53,445 nucleotides of DNA from Acidimicrobiia bacterium (GTDB lineage Bacteria; Actinomycetota; Acidimicrobiia; Acidimicrobiales; Hopanoidiivorantaceae). The position numbers were made by a program, and so were the translations under genes. The notes below the pieces were generated by a model. That model did no database searches and had not been told where the DNA came from. It saw only the letters and a list, made by a program, of their open reading frames with translations. This document shows positions 28,237 to 36,294 of this stretch, one piece after another. Location: positions 1 through 53,445 of the forward strand of contig JAHRAM010000008.1 of assembly GCA_020027305.1 (NCBI GenBank), read 5' to 3'. Numbering within the stretch: the stretch's first letter is position 1; every line of letters starts with the position of its first letter.

Positions 28237-28337
28237 ATACTGGCTGGTTAGATTGTGATTTTCTTTTTTTCAAACCTGTTTTGCTTAATTTTTCTTTGGC
28301 TATTTCACTAGCCAATACTTTTTAAGTAGCTTGTTGT

Positions 28338-29579
28338 TCAATTTGAAACGAGTTGGCCAGAGTCGGCTTTTGTTTCACTGGTTTCTGCCGTCTCTTCTAG
28401 CGGGGCGTTCTCTGGCTCAATTTGTTTCTGTCTAGAATTTCGCAAACGTTTTCTTATGTTTAGAACCACAATCAAAACAATAAATGCAGCAAACAAAACT
28501 TCAAATGGAACCGACCAGCGAAGCGGATGAACTATCCATTCCCAAACCCTAGAAGGCAAGTCAATAATGAAATTCCAAATGGGCAAAAGTAGAAGTCGCC
28601 ATTCATATCTCACGATTTCAAGCACTAGCCACCCTGCCACCAAAACACCGATAAGTGAGTAGCGCCAAACCTTCAGCTGTTTTTGTTCTTGCTCGCTTGT
28701 AGTTTCAGTTGAGTCAGTGGAAGCCCATACCATAACAATGCCTACCAAAATCCCGATAGCAATTCCCAGTCGGCCAGCACCCTGTTTTTGAATCCAAGCT
28801 TCTATGGTGCGGCGAAATTTCTCAGACTCAACGGAAAGCCAGTTGCCTGCAATATCTAACCAATTATTTGAAAGTGCCCCTTGAATTATTCGAATTTCCC
28901 ACCAGCCGTAAATTGCTAGATATATTCCTGCCAGGACTAAAAACGCACCAGATATTTTGCCAATGTGTGGAATAATCTTTTTCATCAATACTGCTACTTC
29001 AGTTCGAGCCATTCCAGTAGCTAGAGTTAGGAATAAAACAATAAGGCTTAACCCTGCCCCATAGGCTAGAAACACTTGAACACTTGCAAACCATCCTTGT
29101 TCTCGAAATGAATTTAATAAGGCTACTAAAAATACAGGAGATGAACACCCTAGCGATACTATTGCAAAGGAAACTCCAAATAAGAATATTGAAACAAGGT
29201 TATTTTCCTTCCCACCTTTTTGAAGTCGAGGAATTTTTAAATTAATTTCTTTCCCAAGAATTAGCCAGACTCCCAAAGGAACCATTAAAAGGCCTAAAAC
29301 AAAAGTTGCCCATTGCAGGTACTTTTTAACATCACCCTGGCTGAAAAGATGTGAGGTAACAAGACCAAAAGCCCCAAACAAAAGCAAAAAAGCAAGGCTC
29401 ATTGTAAGCCCCACAACTAGGGCACGCAAAATATTTTTTGCACGATTCGTGCTTTCTTTGTCTGGGTCGCTACCTACAAAATAAATCAAATATGCTGGCA
29501 ACATTGCAAAGCCACAAGGGTTAAATGCAGCTATCATCCCAGCGACAAGCGAAAAGAAAAGCAAGCTGGCAGGTGCCAT
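28338..29579 (-). CDS. CcdA/DsbD-family thiol:disulfide electron-transfer membrane protein with an extra C-terminal membrane region
   Basis: Conserved-Cys motifs AAFNPCGFAMLP and VSLGCSSPVF sit in a roughly 230-aa CcdA-like core. About 180 further residues follow, with additional TM segments. Confidence 0.75.
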   Translation of the reverse strand: MAPASLLFFSLVAGMIAAFNPCGFAMLPAYLIYFVGSDPDKESTNRAKNILRALVVGLTMSLAFLLLFGAFGLVTSHLFSQGDVKKYLQWATFVLGLLMVPLGVWLILGKEINLKIPRLQKGGKENNLVSIFLFGVSFAIVSLGCSSPVFLVALLNSFREQGWFASVQVFLAYGAGLSLIVLFLTLATGMARTEVAVLMKKIIPHIGKISGAFLVLAGIYLAIYGWWEIRIIQGALSNNWLDIAGNWLSVESEKFRRTIEAWIQKQGAGRLGIAIGILVGIVMVWASTDSTETTSEQEQKQLKVWRYSLIGVLVAGWLVLEIVRYEWRLLLLPIWNFIIDLPSRVWEWIVHPLRWSVPFEVLFAAFIVLIVVLNIRKRLRNSRQKQIEPENAPLEETAETSETKADSGQLVSN

Positions 29580-29682
29580 AATTTGATTTTACAGTATCTG
29601 CTCAGCTTGCTCCCATTTTGGGTATGAGGCTATAGGCCGAAAGGAGGAAAACCTAGACCCTCATTTTTAAGAGGCCATTTGT

Positions 29683-30156
29683 TTAAGCTGCCTGAGCTTG
29701 CTCTTGTTCTTTGATAAGATTTTCAATCTCACCAGAAATTGGAACTTCTAGCACCTCAAACTCTGGCCGAGCAACCTTAGGAGGACGCCCGCGTCTCTTA
29801 GGCTGGTCAATAACTCCATTTTTGAAGAACTGACCACCCCAAACGCCATAACCAATCTGTTGTTCAACAGCGGTTTTTAGGCAGTCTTCCATTGCGCGAC
29901 ACTGAAGGCACACTTCTTTGGCGATTCTCACGTCAGGAATTTCCTCAGAGAAAAATATCTCAAGCATCAGCTTGTCATCAGGAATAGTTTCCAGCGCCTC
30001 ATCGCGTAGCACTTGATCAAGTGCGTCCTTTCGCACCGCTACATCACGTCTAGCAATGTTTTTTCTGCGGGCGATACGACCACGAACAAAAGTGCGTGCG
30101 TCATCGCTTCGGCAGTATGCCTGCTTTTCTATTGTATTTTCTATTTTCTCGTTCAT
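29683..30156 (-). CDS. whiB7: WhiB7-like (Wbl family) Fe-S transcription factor with a C-terminal AT-hook
   Basis: Cys15...Cys83-x2-Cys86-x5-Cys92, then GYGVWGGQFFKNGVIDQPKRRGRPPK. This parallels mycobacterial WhiB7 as I recall it (GVWGGEIF...KRPRGRPRK). AAGGAG lies 6 nt upstream of the ATG. Confidence 0.85.
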   Translation of the reverse strand: MNEKIENTIEKQAYCRSDDARTFVRGRIARRKNIARRDVAVRKDALDQVLRDEALETIPDDKLMLEIFFSEEIPDVRIAKEVCLQCRAMEDCLKTAVEQQIGYGVWGGQFFKNGVIDQPKRRGRPPKVARPEFEVLEVPISGEIENLIKEQEQAQAA

Positions 30157-30177
30157 GGTTTGCTCCTTTTTTTGGTT

Positions 30178-30207
30178 AAAGAAAAAGCCCCCGGTTTTTC
30201 CGGGGGC
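30178..30207 (-). terminator. Intrinsic terminator / attenuator hairpin immediately upstream of the whiB7-like start codon
   Basis: The minus strand reads GCCCCCGG-AAAAA-CCGGGGGC followed by TTTTTCTTT. That is 8 G/C base pairs, a 5-nt loop and a U-tract. The U-tract ends about 10 nt before the RBS. Confidence 0.75.
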
Positions 30208-30600
30208 CGTCAGTGATTTTTTAGTTTCTTAACTAATTCACATAGGCCTCCGGGGAATGTAGTGGTTCCAGTTTTTTGCCAACGTTCCTGTGAGTATGTC
30301 AAATCCGGCCCCCACTAGCATGGCTGATGACGCCAACGCTGACACACACAAAGATTCTTGCGCGCACAACATCTCGGGGCGAATTTGTTTTTCCATTACA
30401 CAATCAAGTATAGAGCATTTTTTTAGGAATTGCACGCAATTAAAATTGTTTTGAATCTTAAGGCGCACTTTAACGTTACGAGAGCATTACAAAAACATTA
30501 TGAAGCTCACTAATTAGGGCTCATTTTGTATTTCATACTGCCTCTATATTGAAAGTATTGAAAGGCGGTATATATATATATTGTGATGCTGTGGGGAAAA
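30208..30600 (-). promoter_or_regulatory. Long 5' leader of the whiB7-like gene, with a candidate uORF (30238-30468) and antiterminator segments
   Basis: A 393-nt gap follows the upstream gene. An ORF ends at the TGA at 30238-30240, 30 nt before the terminator stem. The minus-strand GGGGGCCG (30313-30306) is complementary to the terminator 5' arm CGGCCCCC (30209-30202). A (TA)6 run lies at 30569-30581. Confidence 0.5.
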
Positions 30601-30601
30601 G

Positions 30602-31699
30602 TTAGTCTTTCAGTCTAAAGGTTTTGAGACCTTCTTTTTCGCCTTCAATTATTTCGCCCTTTTGTTCTAGATGTTTTAAGTGGGCATAAGTTTCACTCTC
30701 AGCCATTGTTCCCCATGAACGCGGTTTAAATAACCGCTCCATATAATCCACAACCGTTCCCTCAGTGAGCTCTGCCGCTGAACTTTTAATAGTGTCAAGC
30801 CGTTGTTCATGGTGTTCAATAATGTCATTGGAACGTTCCACCAAATTCTCAAATGGATGCCCGTGTGCTGGCAAAACAATTTTCACATCAGAAAAATCTG
30901 ACATCCGTTCAAGCGAAGAAAAGAAGTCAGCCATAGGGTCAGGGCTTTCAGACATTCCAGCAATGTGGGGTGTGATGGTTGGAAGCACATGGTCGCCAGA
31001 AAGCATTAATCCATATTCGGGGTCATAGAGACAAAGGTGGTCTGCTGTGTGCCCTGGTGTGTGGATTGCCATCCATTCTCTTCTCGCCAGCTTGACAATT
31101 TGTTTGTCAGTTACATGTGCTGTGGGTTTTGGAGTGCGAAACCATTGTTGCTCTTGTTTACCCATAGCCTTCCAACGTTCAAGGTCTTCTTTTGAGCCAG
31201 GCAGTTGGCGGTCAGTGCCCCACGGAGTTTTAGAACCAGGTTTTGGCCAAAATGGAATGTTTGCTGTTTCGTCATCTTCATTTGCACTGTCTCCGCCAGC
31301 ATCTTCAGCCCCACCCAAATTTTCGGTTGCCTCTTCTCCTTGCCAGAGAACTCTAAAGTTTTCATGTGTTACAATTTCTGCCCCGCTCTCTTCTCTCATC
31401 CGCTCAGCCCCACCAAAATGATCAAAGTGAGAATGCGTGACGATGACGGTGTGAACATCGCTTACTTTATAGTCAGCAAGCTCTAACCGTTTGACTAGGT
31501 ATTCAAAGGATCTTGGCCCTGGAAGTCCAGGGTCAACAATTGCAAGTCCATTTTCATCTTCAAGCAAATAGCAGTTTACATGCCCAAGACCAGGCAGCTC
31601 AACTGGCAATTCCGAGCGAAGCACACAGGGGGCAATTTCTGTAATCGCTTCTGTAGCTGGCTCTTGTTCTTGCCTGCGATACTTTTTCTCTTCTGCCAC
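30602..31699 (-). CDS. MBL-fold metallo-hydrolase
   Basis: HxHxDH motif (VIVTHSHFDHFGG), plus downstream His/Asp ligands (HTPGHTADH, LSGDHV, PAHG). Confidence 0.85.
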   Translation of the reverse strand: MAEEKKYRRQEQEPATEAITEIAPCVLRSELPVELPGLGHVNCYLLEDENGLAIVDPGLPGPRSFEYLVKRLELADYKVSDVHTVIVTHSHFDHFGGAERMREESGAEIVTHENFRVLWQGEEATENLGGAEDAGGDSANEDDETANIPFWPKPGSKTPWGTDRQLPGSKEDLERWKAMGKQEQQWFRTPKPTAHVTDKQIVKLARREWMAIHTPGHTADHLCLYDPEYGLMLSGDHVLPTITPHIAGMSESPDPMADFFSSLERMSDFSDVKIVLPAHGHPFENLVERSNDIIEHHEQRLDTIKSSAAELTEGTVVDYMERLFKPRSWGTMAESETYAHLKHLEQKGEIIEGEKEGLKTFRLKD

Positions 31700-31760
31700 T
31701 CTTTACTTTCTCTTATGGTGCTTTTACCCAATTTATTTTCGCTACTTGATTAACGTTGTC

Positions 31761-32357
31761 TTATTTTCCACTGATTGATTTCAAATCAACATCTAGGTTG
31801 AAAAAATGTTTACGATAAAAACGTAGCTCTTCAACTGAGAATTTAATATCTTCAGCTGCTCGGTGCTGGTCAGGCTTTTTCGGGGTGAGCCTATAGAAAT
31901 CATCGCCCAGCCAACGTTTAACTAACTCTTTTATGCCTGAAACATCCAAGCAGCGATAGTGAAGATATTTGTCAATCTCTGGCATATAGGCTTTCAAAAA
32001 ATTCCTATCCATCCAGATTGTGTTTCCACAAAGCGGAGAAGAATGAATGTTTGGAATATTGTCTTTAATAAAAGAAAGGGTTTGTTTGCATGCCTCTTCC
32101 AAACTGATAGTTGATTTTCTCACTTCTTCGGTCAGCCCATTTTTTTGGTGCATCGTTCGCACTGGCTCTCTCATTATTTTGAGATGGTTGTCTGGTTGAT
32201 GGATAACCAAGTCAGGCCCTGCTGCTACTATGTCAAGGTCATCGGTAGTTATGAGGCTTGCGATTTCTAATATGTGGTCGCGCGAAGGGTCAAGCCCTGT
32301 CATCTCTAAATCAATCCAAGTAAGCACTAAATAAAGCCTAGTAAGGCTATGGGTCAT
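31761..32357 (-). CDS. orn: Oligoribonuclease
   Basis: DEDDh exonuclease motifs are spaced as in Orn (WIDLEMTGLDP...ILEIA, GNTIWMDRNFL, HRAAEDI). Confidence 0.88.
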   Translation of the reverse strand: MTHSLTRLYLVLTWIDLEMTGLDPSRDHILEIASLITTDDLDIVAAGPDLVIHQPDNHLKIMREPVRTMHQKNGLTEEVRKSTISLEEACKQTLSFIKDNIPNIHSSPLCGNTIWMDRNFLKAYMPEIDKYLHYRCLDVSGIKELVKRWLGDDFYRLTPKKPDQHRAAEDIKFSVEELRFYRKHFFNLDVDLKSISGK

Positions 32358-32415
32358 TTTTCAATCGGTAAGCCATTTTTAAAATACAAAATTCAAATGG
32401 CTTCTTGAGTAAGTT

Positions 32416-32928
32416 ATGAATAAAGAGACCGTGGAGAAAATAATGCCAGACAAAAATGCGGGGCAAGAGAATAAAACGGGTGAGCAAATAGAAATTCCAA
32501 TAGCCAAAGTTGGCGACTACCCAGAAATTCAAATTCCAAAATATATTACCATTGGCGATGCTGGTGCTGATCTCTATGCCGCTGACTCTGTGAGCCTATC
32601 AGCAGGTGGGGGAAGAGAAGCTGTGCCAACTGGTGTAGCAGTGGCAATCCCCAAAGGTTATGCTGGGTTCATCCAGCCTAGAAGTGGGCTTGCCGTAAAA
32701 CACGGCGTCACTTGTCTTAACACGCCAGGGCTTATTGATAGTGGCTATCGGGGCGAGTTAAAAGTTTTGCTCATAAACACTGACCCATCTGCTGATTACA
32801 AAGTAGAGATTGGCGATCGAATCGCTCAGCTAGTTATCCAAAAAGTTGAGCGGGCTGAGTTTGTGGAAGTAGACGAGCTAGACGAAACCGAACGCGGAAC
32901 AGGCGGTTTTGGTTCAAGTGGCAAATAA
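32416..32928 (+). CDS. dut: dUTP diphosphatase
   Basis: dUTPase motifs GDAGADLYA, PRSGLAVKHG, IDSGYRGELKVLLIN, RIAQLVI and RGTGGFGSSG. Confidence 0.93.
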   Translation: MNKETVEKIMPDKNAGQENKTGEQIEIPIAKVGDYPEIQIPKYITIGDAGADLYAADSVSLSAGGGREAVPTGVAVAIPKGYAGFIQPRSGLAVKHGVTCLNTPGLIDSGYRGELKVLLINTDPSADYKVEIGDRIAQLVIQKVERAEFVEVDELDETERGTGGFGSSGK

Positions 32929-33874
32929 AGTTGGATTGATTGGGCATGGCGCCATTGGCAGAGAGATTGCATCTGCCCTACTTGGCAAAAAAGAGCTTGG
33001 CAACGAAACAGAAAAAGAGCCTGAGAAAAAAAGATTTACCAGGGAAAAATCTAGCGACAAAAACTTTTCTGAACTAAAGCTGGTTGGGGTTTTTGACCCG
33101 TTTGCAAGCAGCATCGTTCCACAAAAAGTTGCCAGCCTAGAAGAACTCTGTTCTAGGAAGCCAGACATTATCATAGAAGCTGCTGGGCATGATGCCCTCG
33201 TGGTTTTTGGCGCGGAAATTCTCAAAAAAGGAATTGACCTTTTGGTGCTGAGCGCTGGAGCTCTTGGGAGGAAATGGGGACACGAAGAAAAAGCAGAGAG
33301 CCTAATGGAAGAGTTTCAACAAGTTTTAGGTGAGAAAAAATCTGGCAGGCTGCTAATTTCAACTGGGGCTATCGGTGGGTTAGATATTTTGGGTGCTGCC
33401 AAGCTGGCGGGGAAAATTGCCAGTGCTGAAATTATTTCTGAAAAGCCAGCAAGAAATCTGCTAGTACCAGAATTGCCAAAAGATGTAGTTGCTGCCATTG
33501 AAGCCGAAATAGAAAAGGATAAAAAAGGTGTGAGCTCTACTCCCATCACTGCTTTTAGTGGCAACGTTAGGGATGCTATAGAGCTATTCCCTCAATCTGC
33601 AAATGTATGTGCCACTGTTGGGTTTGCGACATTAGGGTTAGATGAAACCAAAGTCACCCTTATTGCCGATGCCAAGCTAGATACTGTCATACATCAAATT
33701 AATCTGATCGGAGCTGTTGGAACTTATGAGTTAAAATTCTCCAATCGTCCTTCAGAAAAAAATGAAAAGACCAGTGCGGTTGTTCCGTTTTCAGTTTTGC
33801 GCGCCTTAAAGCATTGGGCTGCTTTCAGGGCAGGCTCAAAAAACCTGAACGATACAAGCCCAATTTTTATTTAG
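32909..33874 (+). CDS. nadX: L-aspartate dehydrogenase-like protein (NadX family), with an internal charged insertion
   Basis: N-terminal Rossmann motif GLIGHGAIG. The C-terminal block (STGAIGGLDILGAAK...FPQSANVCATVG...VTLIADAKLDTVIHQINLIGAVGTYELKFSNRPSEKNEKTSAVVPFSVLRAL) parallels Thermotoga NadX as I recall it. The start is uncertain: TTG 32909, GTG 32918 and TTG 32936 are all in frame. Confidence 0.75.
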   Translation: MVQVANKVGLIGHGAIGREIASALLGKKELGNETEKEPEKKRFTREKSSDKNFSELKLVGVFDPFASSIVPQKVASLEELCSRKPDIIIEAAGHDALVVFGAEILKKGIDLLVLSAGALGRKWGHEEKAESLMEEFQQVLGEKKSGRLLISTGAIGGLDILGAAKLAGKIASAEIISEKPARNLLVPELPKDVVAAIEAEIEKDKKGVSSTPITAFSGNVRDAIELFPQSANVCATVGFATLGLDETKVTLIADAKLDTVIHQINLIGAVGTYELKFSNRPSEKNEKTSAVVPFSVLRALKHWAAFRAGSKNLNDTSPIFI

Positions 33875-33914
33875 CGACTGATTTTTGTCAATAACGTGTA
33901 TTAAATAGCTCGCA

Positions 33915-34097
33915 TTAAATAGTACGTGCGGGTTTTGCCCTTGCATACTGAGTAGCAAATTTTTGCTGGGGGATGGTTTTAGAGGTGCTACATGACCAGC
34001 ACTGACTTCCCCCCACCCACGTGACATCACATTTCGCACACGCAAAAGGCTTTCTGCTCCACCGCCAACCCTTTTTCATTTTTGTAGAAAGTGACAT
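33915..34097 (-). CDS. Possible small basic zinc-ribbon protein (CxxC...CxxC)
   Basis: A 60-aa ORF with CAKC-x9-CWSC, in a locally GC-richer patch. No Shine-Dalgarno sequence. An overlapping alternative ORF (33836-34045) exists. Confidence 0.3.
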   Translation of the reverse strand: MSLSTKMKKGWRWSRKPFACAKCDVTWVGGSQCWSCSTSKTIPQQKFATQYARAKPARTI

Positions 34098-34294
34098 TTT
34101 TTCAAATTTTCAAAAGTAGTATTCCATAAAAATATTAGGGCTAAACTCACAAAATTTATGGATTTCACAGGGTTCGGGCGAAATTTAAAAACCTATTTAA
34201 TGTGCGCTTTACTAACTTCAATTTTTAGAGTCTAAGATAACAAAAAATATCTGTGGGCTACACACCAATGGTTACTCGCAAAATTTTGGCGAGG

Positions 34295-34957
34295 CTAAGG
34301 CGTAGGAACGCAAATCACTTGGCCAATAGATATTGCATCCTCATCAGTTATTGATGGGTTCCGTCTTAATATGTCAGCTAGAGTAACCCCAGCATATCTA
34401 TCAGCAATAGCGCTCAAACTATCGCCTGATTGAATCGTGTAAGTTCTTAAACAATTGGGGATAGTGGGTGGAGTTGTTGGAGGTTGCGTTGTGGTGGTAA
34501 CCTCGGGAAGGTTTTCTGGGAAAGGAATACAAATCTCTAACCCACCAAAAATTAAACTTGGGTCAGTTATCCTGCTGGGATTAAATGCCACAATGTCTTC
34601 AAATGAGATGCCAGCATATCGTTCGGCAATAACGCTTAAACTATCGCCATCTTGAACTACATAGCTTCTTGGGCAAGTTTCATTTATAGTGGTAGTCGTA
34701 AAAATACTTGGGTCAATAGTCGTAGGAGAACTAGTCGTAGGAGAAGGCACAGTTGCTAAAGGTGGCTCTTCAATCCTAGGTGTCGTGAGAGTAGTGTTTG
34801 TTCCAGTTGTAGCATCAGGCAATGGTTTGCTTGCATCGGTTCCCCCAGCACCACAAGCAGCCAGAAGTGCCACAAACAAAATTGGCAACCCCCCAGTCAA
34901 ACATTTTTTGACAAATGTATTGCTAAAAAAGTTGAAGGAATTTCTACAAAAAATCAT
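34295..34957 (-). CDS. Lipoprotein with two LysM domains
   Basis: Lipobox LLAACG and a T/P-rich linker. Two LysM repeats are present (YVVQDGDSLSVIAERYAGISFEDIVAFNP and YTIQSGDSLSAIADRYAGVTLADILRRNP). Confidence 0.85.
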   Translation of the reverse strand: MIFCRNSFNFFSNTFVKKCLTGGLPILFVALLAACGAGGTDASKPLPDATTGTNTTLTTPRIEEPPLATVPSPTTSSPTTIDPSIFTTTTINETCPRSYVVQDGDSLSVIAERYAGISFEDIVAFNPSRITDPSLIFGGLEICIPFPENLPEVTTTTQPPTTPPTIPNCLRTYTIQSGDSLSAIADRYAGVTLADILRRNPSITDEDAISIGQVICVPTP

Positions 34958-34967
34958 AGTGAATCAA

Positions 34968-35309
34968 TCATGTTGTTTGTCTTGCGTCTCGGCAGATTTT
35001 TAAAACTGGGCTGAGTGAGCCCGAAGAGTTTTCTTCGTTGCACTTGCTACAAAGTTCAACATTTTCATCCACACATTTAAGCACCCATTCTAAATCGTCT
35101 GTCATAGATTGCCACTCTTCTATCTTTTTTGCTGTAGAACCCTCTTCAAGGCTTTCCACAAAAGTTTTTGTTCCCGACCTTATCTGGTCAGCAAGTTCAT
35201 CGGGCAACCCTATTTCACTTTCCATCACCATAATTTTAGAATAGCACTCTTTTAGCCCGTTGTGTTTCATTATTTTTATTTTTGGAAAAAAGATGAATTC
35301 TAAATGCAA
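34968..35309 (-). CDS. Hypothetical acidic protein with a C-terminal Cys cluster
   Basis: The ORF lies 10 nt upstream of the LysM gene on the same strand. The start is uncertain (ATG 35270 is also possible). No SD or recognisable domain. Confidence 0.4.
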   Translation of the reverse strand: MHLEFIFFPKIKIMKHNGLKECYSKIMVMESEIGLPDELADQIRSGTKTFVESLEEGSTAKKIEEWQSMTDDLEWVLKCVDENVELCSKCNEENSSGSLSPVLKICRDARQTT

Positions 35310-35330
35310 AATAATGGCTAAATTAAATAT

Positions 35331-35403
35331 GGGTCGCTAGCTCATCAGGTAGAGCAGGAGACTTTTAATCTCAAGGTGCTGGGTTCGAGTCCCAGGCGAC
35401 CCA
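35331..35403 (+). tRNA. tRNA-Lys (anticodon UUU)
   Basis: GGGTCGCTAGCTCATCAGGTAGAGCAGGAGACTTTTAATCTCAAGGTGCTGGGTTCGAGTCCCAGGCGACCCA. It has a cloverleaf with a CTTTTAA anticodon loop and a GTTCGAGTC T-loop. CCA is not encoded. Confidence 0.93.
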
Positions 35404-35544
35404 CTTGTTTCTTGCCGTTTAGGTTCTTTTCTTGCCCAACGCAATTTCCATCCCTAGAACACAGCGAAATTTATTCGCCGCTCAGGTTTGAATTTCTAAA
35501 AGCTTGATTTAGAATTAAAGAAAAGCTAAAAAAGGAGATTAACG

Positions 35545-36177
35545 ATGAGCATTCAACTAGGAGACACCGCCCCTGATTTCACTGCTGACACTACAGAAGG
35601 TGAGATTTCATTTCACGATTGGAAAAAAGACAGCTGGGCAGTTTTATTTTCACACCCCAAAGATTTCACCCCAGTTTGCACCACCGAGTTGGGATACACA
35701 GCAAAGCTCAAGGATGAATTTGCTAAGCGCAATGTGAAGGTCATTGGGCTGTCATGTGACTCTATTGAAGATCATGAGAAATGGGCAAAAGACATTGAAG
35801 AAACTCAAGGGCAGTTGCCTAACTTCCCGATGATAGGCGATGCCGACCAAAAGGTTGCAAATGAATATGGGATGATTCACCCAAACGCCAACGACACTAT
35901 GACCGTTCGTTCGGTGTTTGTGGTTGACGCTAATGACAAGGTACGCCTTATGATTACTTATCCAGCTTCAACAGGGAGGAACTTTGATGAGATTATTCGA
36001 GTTATTGATTCACTTCAACTAACAGATGGCCACAAAGTTGCCACCCCTGTGAACTGGAAACAAGGCGATGATGTAATCATCGTGCCTGCTTTGTCAAACG
36101 ATGAGGCAAAAGAAATGTTCCCAGATGGTTGGGATGAACAAAAGCCCTACCTAAGGGTAGTCAAGCAACCTAGTTAA
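35545..36177 (+). CDS. Peroxiredoxin (1-Cys / Prx6-like)
   Basis: FSHPKDFTPVCTTE peroxidatic-Cys motif. The 210-aa length and C-terminal extension are typical of Prx6-type enzymes. AAGGAG RBS. Confidence 0.9.
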   Translation: MSIQLGDTAPDFTADTTEGEISFHDWKKDSWAVLFSHPKDFTPVCTTELGYTAKLKDEFAKRNVKVIGLSCDSIEDHEKWAKDIEETQGQLPNFPMIGDADQKVANEYGMIHPNANDTMTVRSVFVVDANDKVRLMITYPASTGRNFDEIIRVIDSLQLTDGHKVATPVNWKQGDDVIIVPALSNDEAKEMFPDGWDEQKPYLRVVKQPS

Positions 36178-36294
36178 TCCCTTAAAATTTAAAGCCCTCA
36201 GATTTTTTGAGATTTATCTTTTGCGCAAGCTCACCCTTTTTGCATCCTTGCTTTATTTCGTTTTAGGAGTCAAGCACTTTAAGAATTCAGGGAT

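Noticed and set aside
28237-28337. Fluoride (crcB-motif) riboswitch upstream of the crcB pair.
   Set aside because: The 101-nt spacer is AT-rich. It lacks the conserved GGCGATGG…/…CTGATGATGCCTAC-type elements I associate with the motif. The crcB genes may simply be co-transcribed with the upstream gene.
33925-34075. 6C-type small RNA, suggested by the C-runs on the plus strand, or another known RNA (SRP, tmRNA, RNase P).
   Set aside because: I could not form the two C-loop hairpins with flanking stems, and no conserved cores of SRP, tmRNA or RNase P are present. The patch is left as an unresolved coding-versus-non-coding question.
34958-35330. c-di-AMP (ydaO-type) riboswitch upstream of the LysM lipoprotein gene, as seen before cell-wall genes in other Actinomycetota.
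   Set aside because: The minus-strand sequence lacks the conserved ydaO blocks (for example CCGA.CCCG.CAGCTAACC). The region reads as a plausible acidic protein ORF instead.
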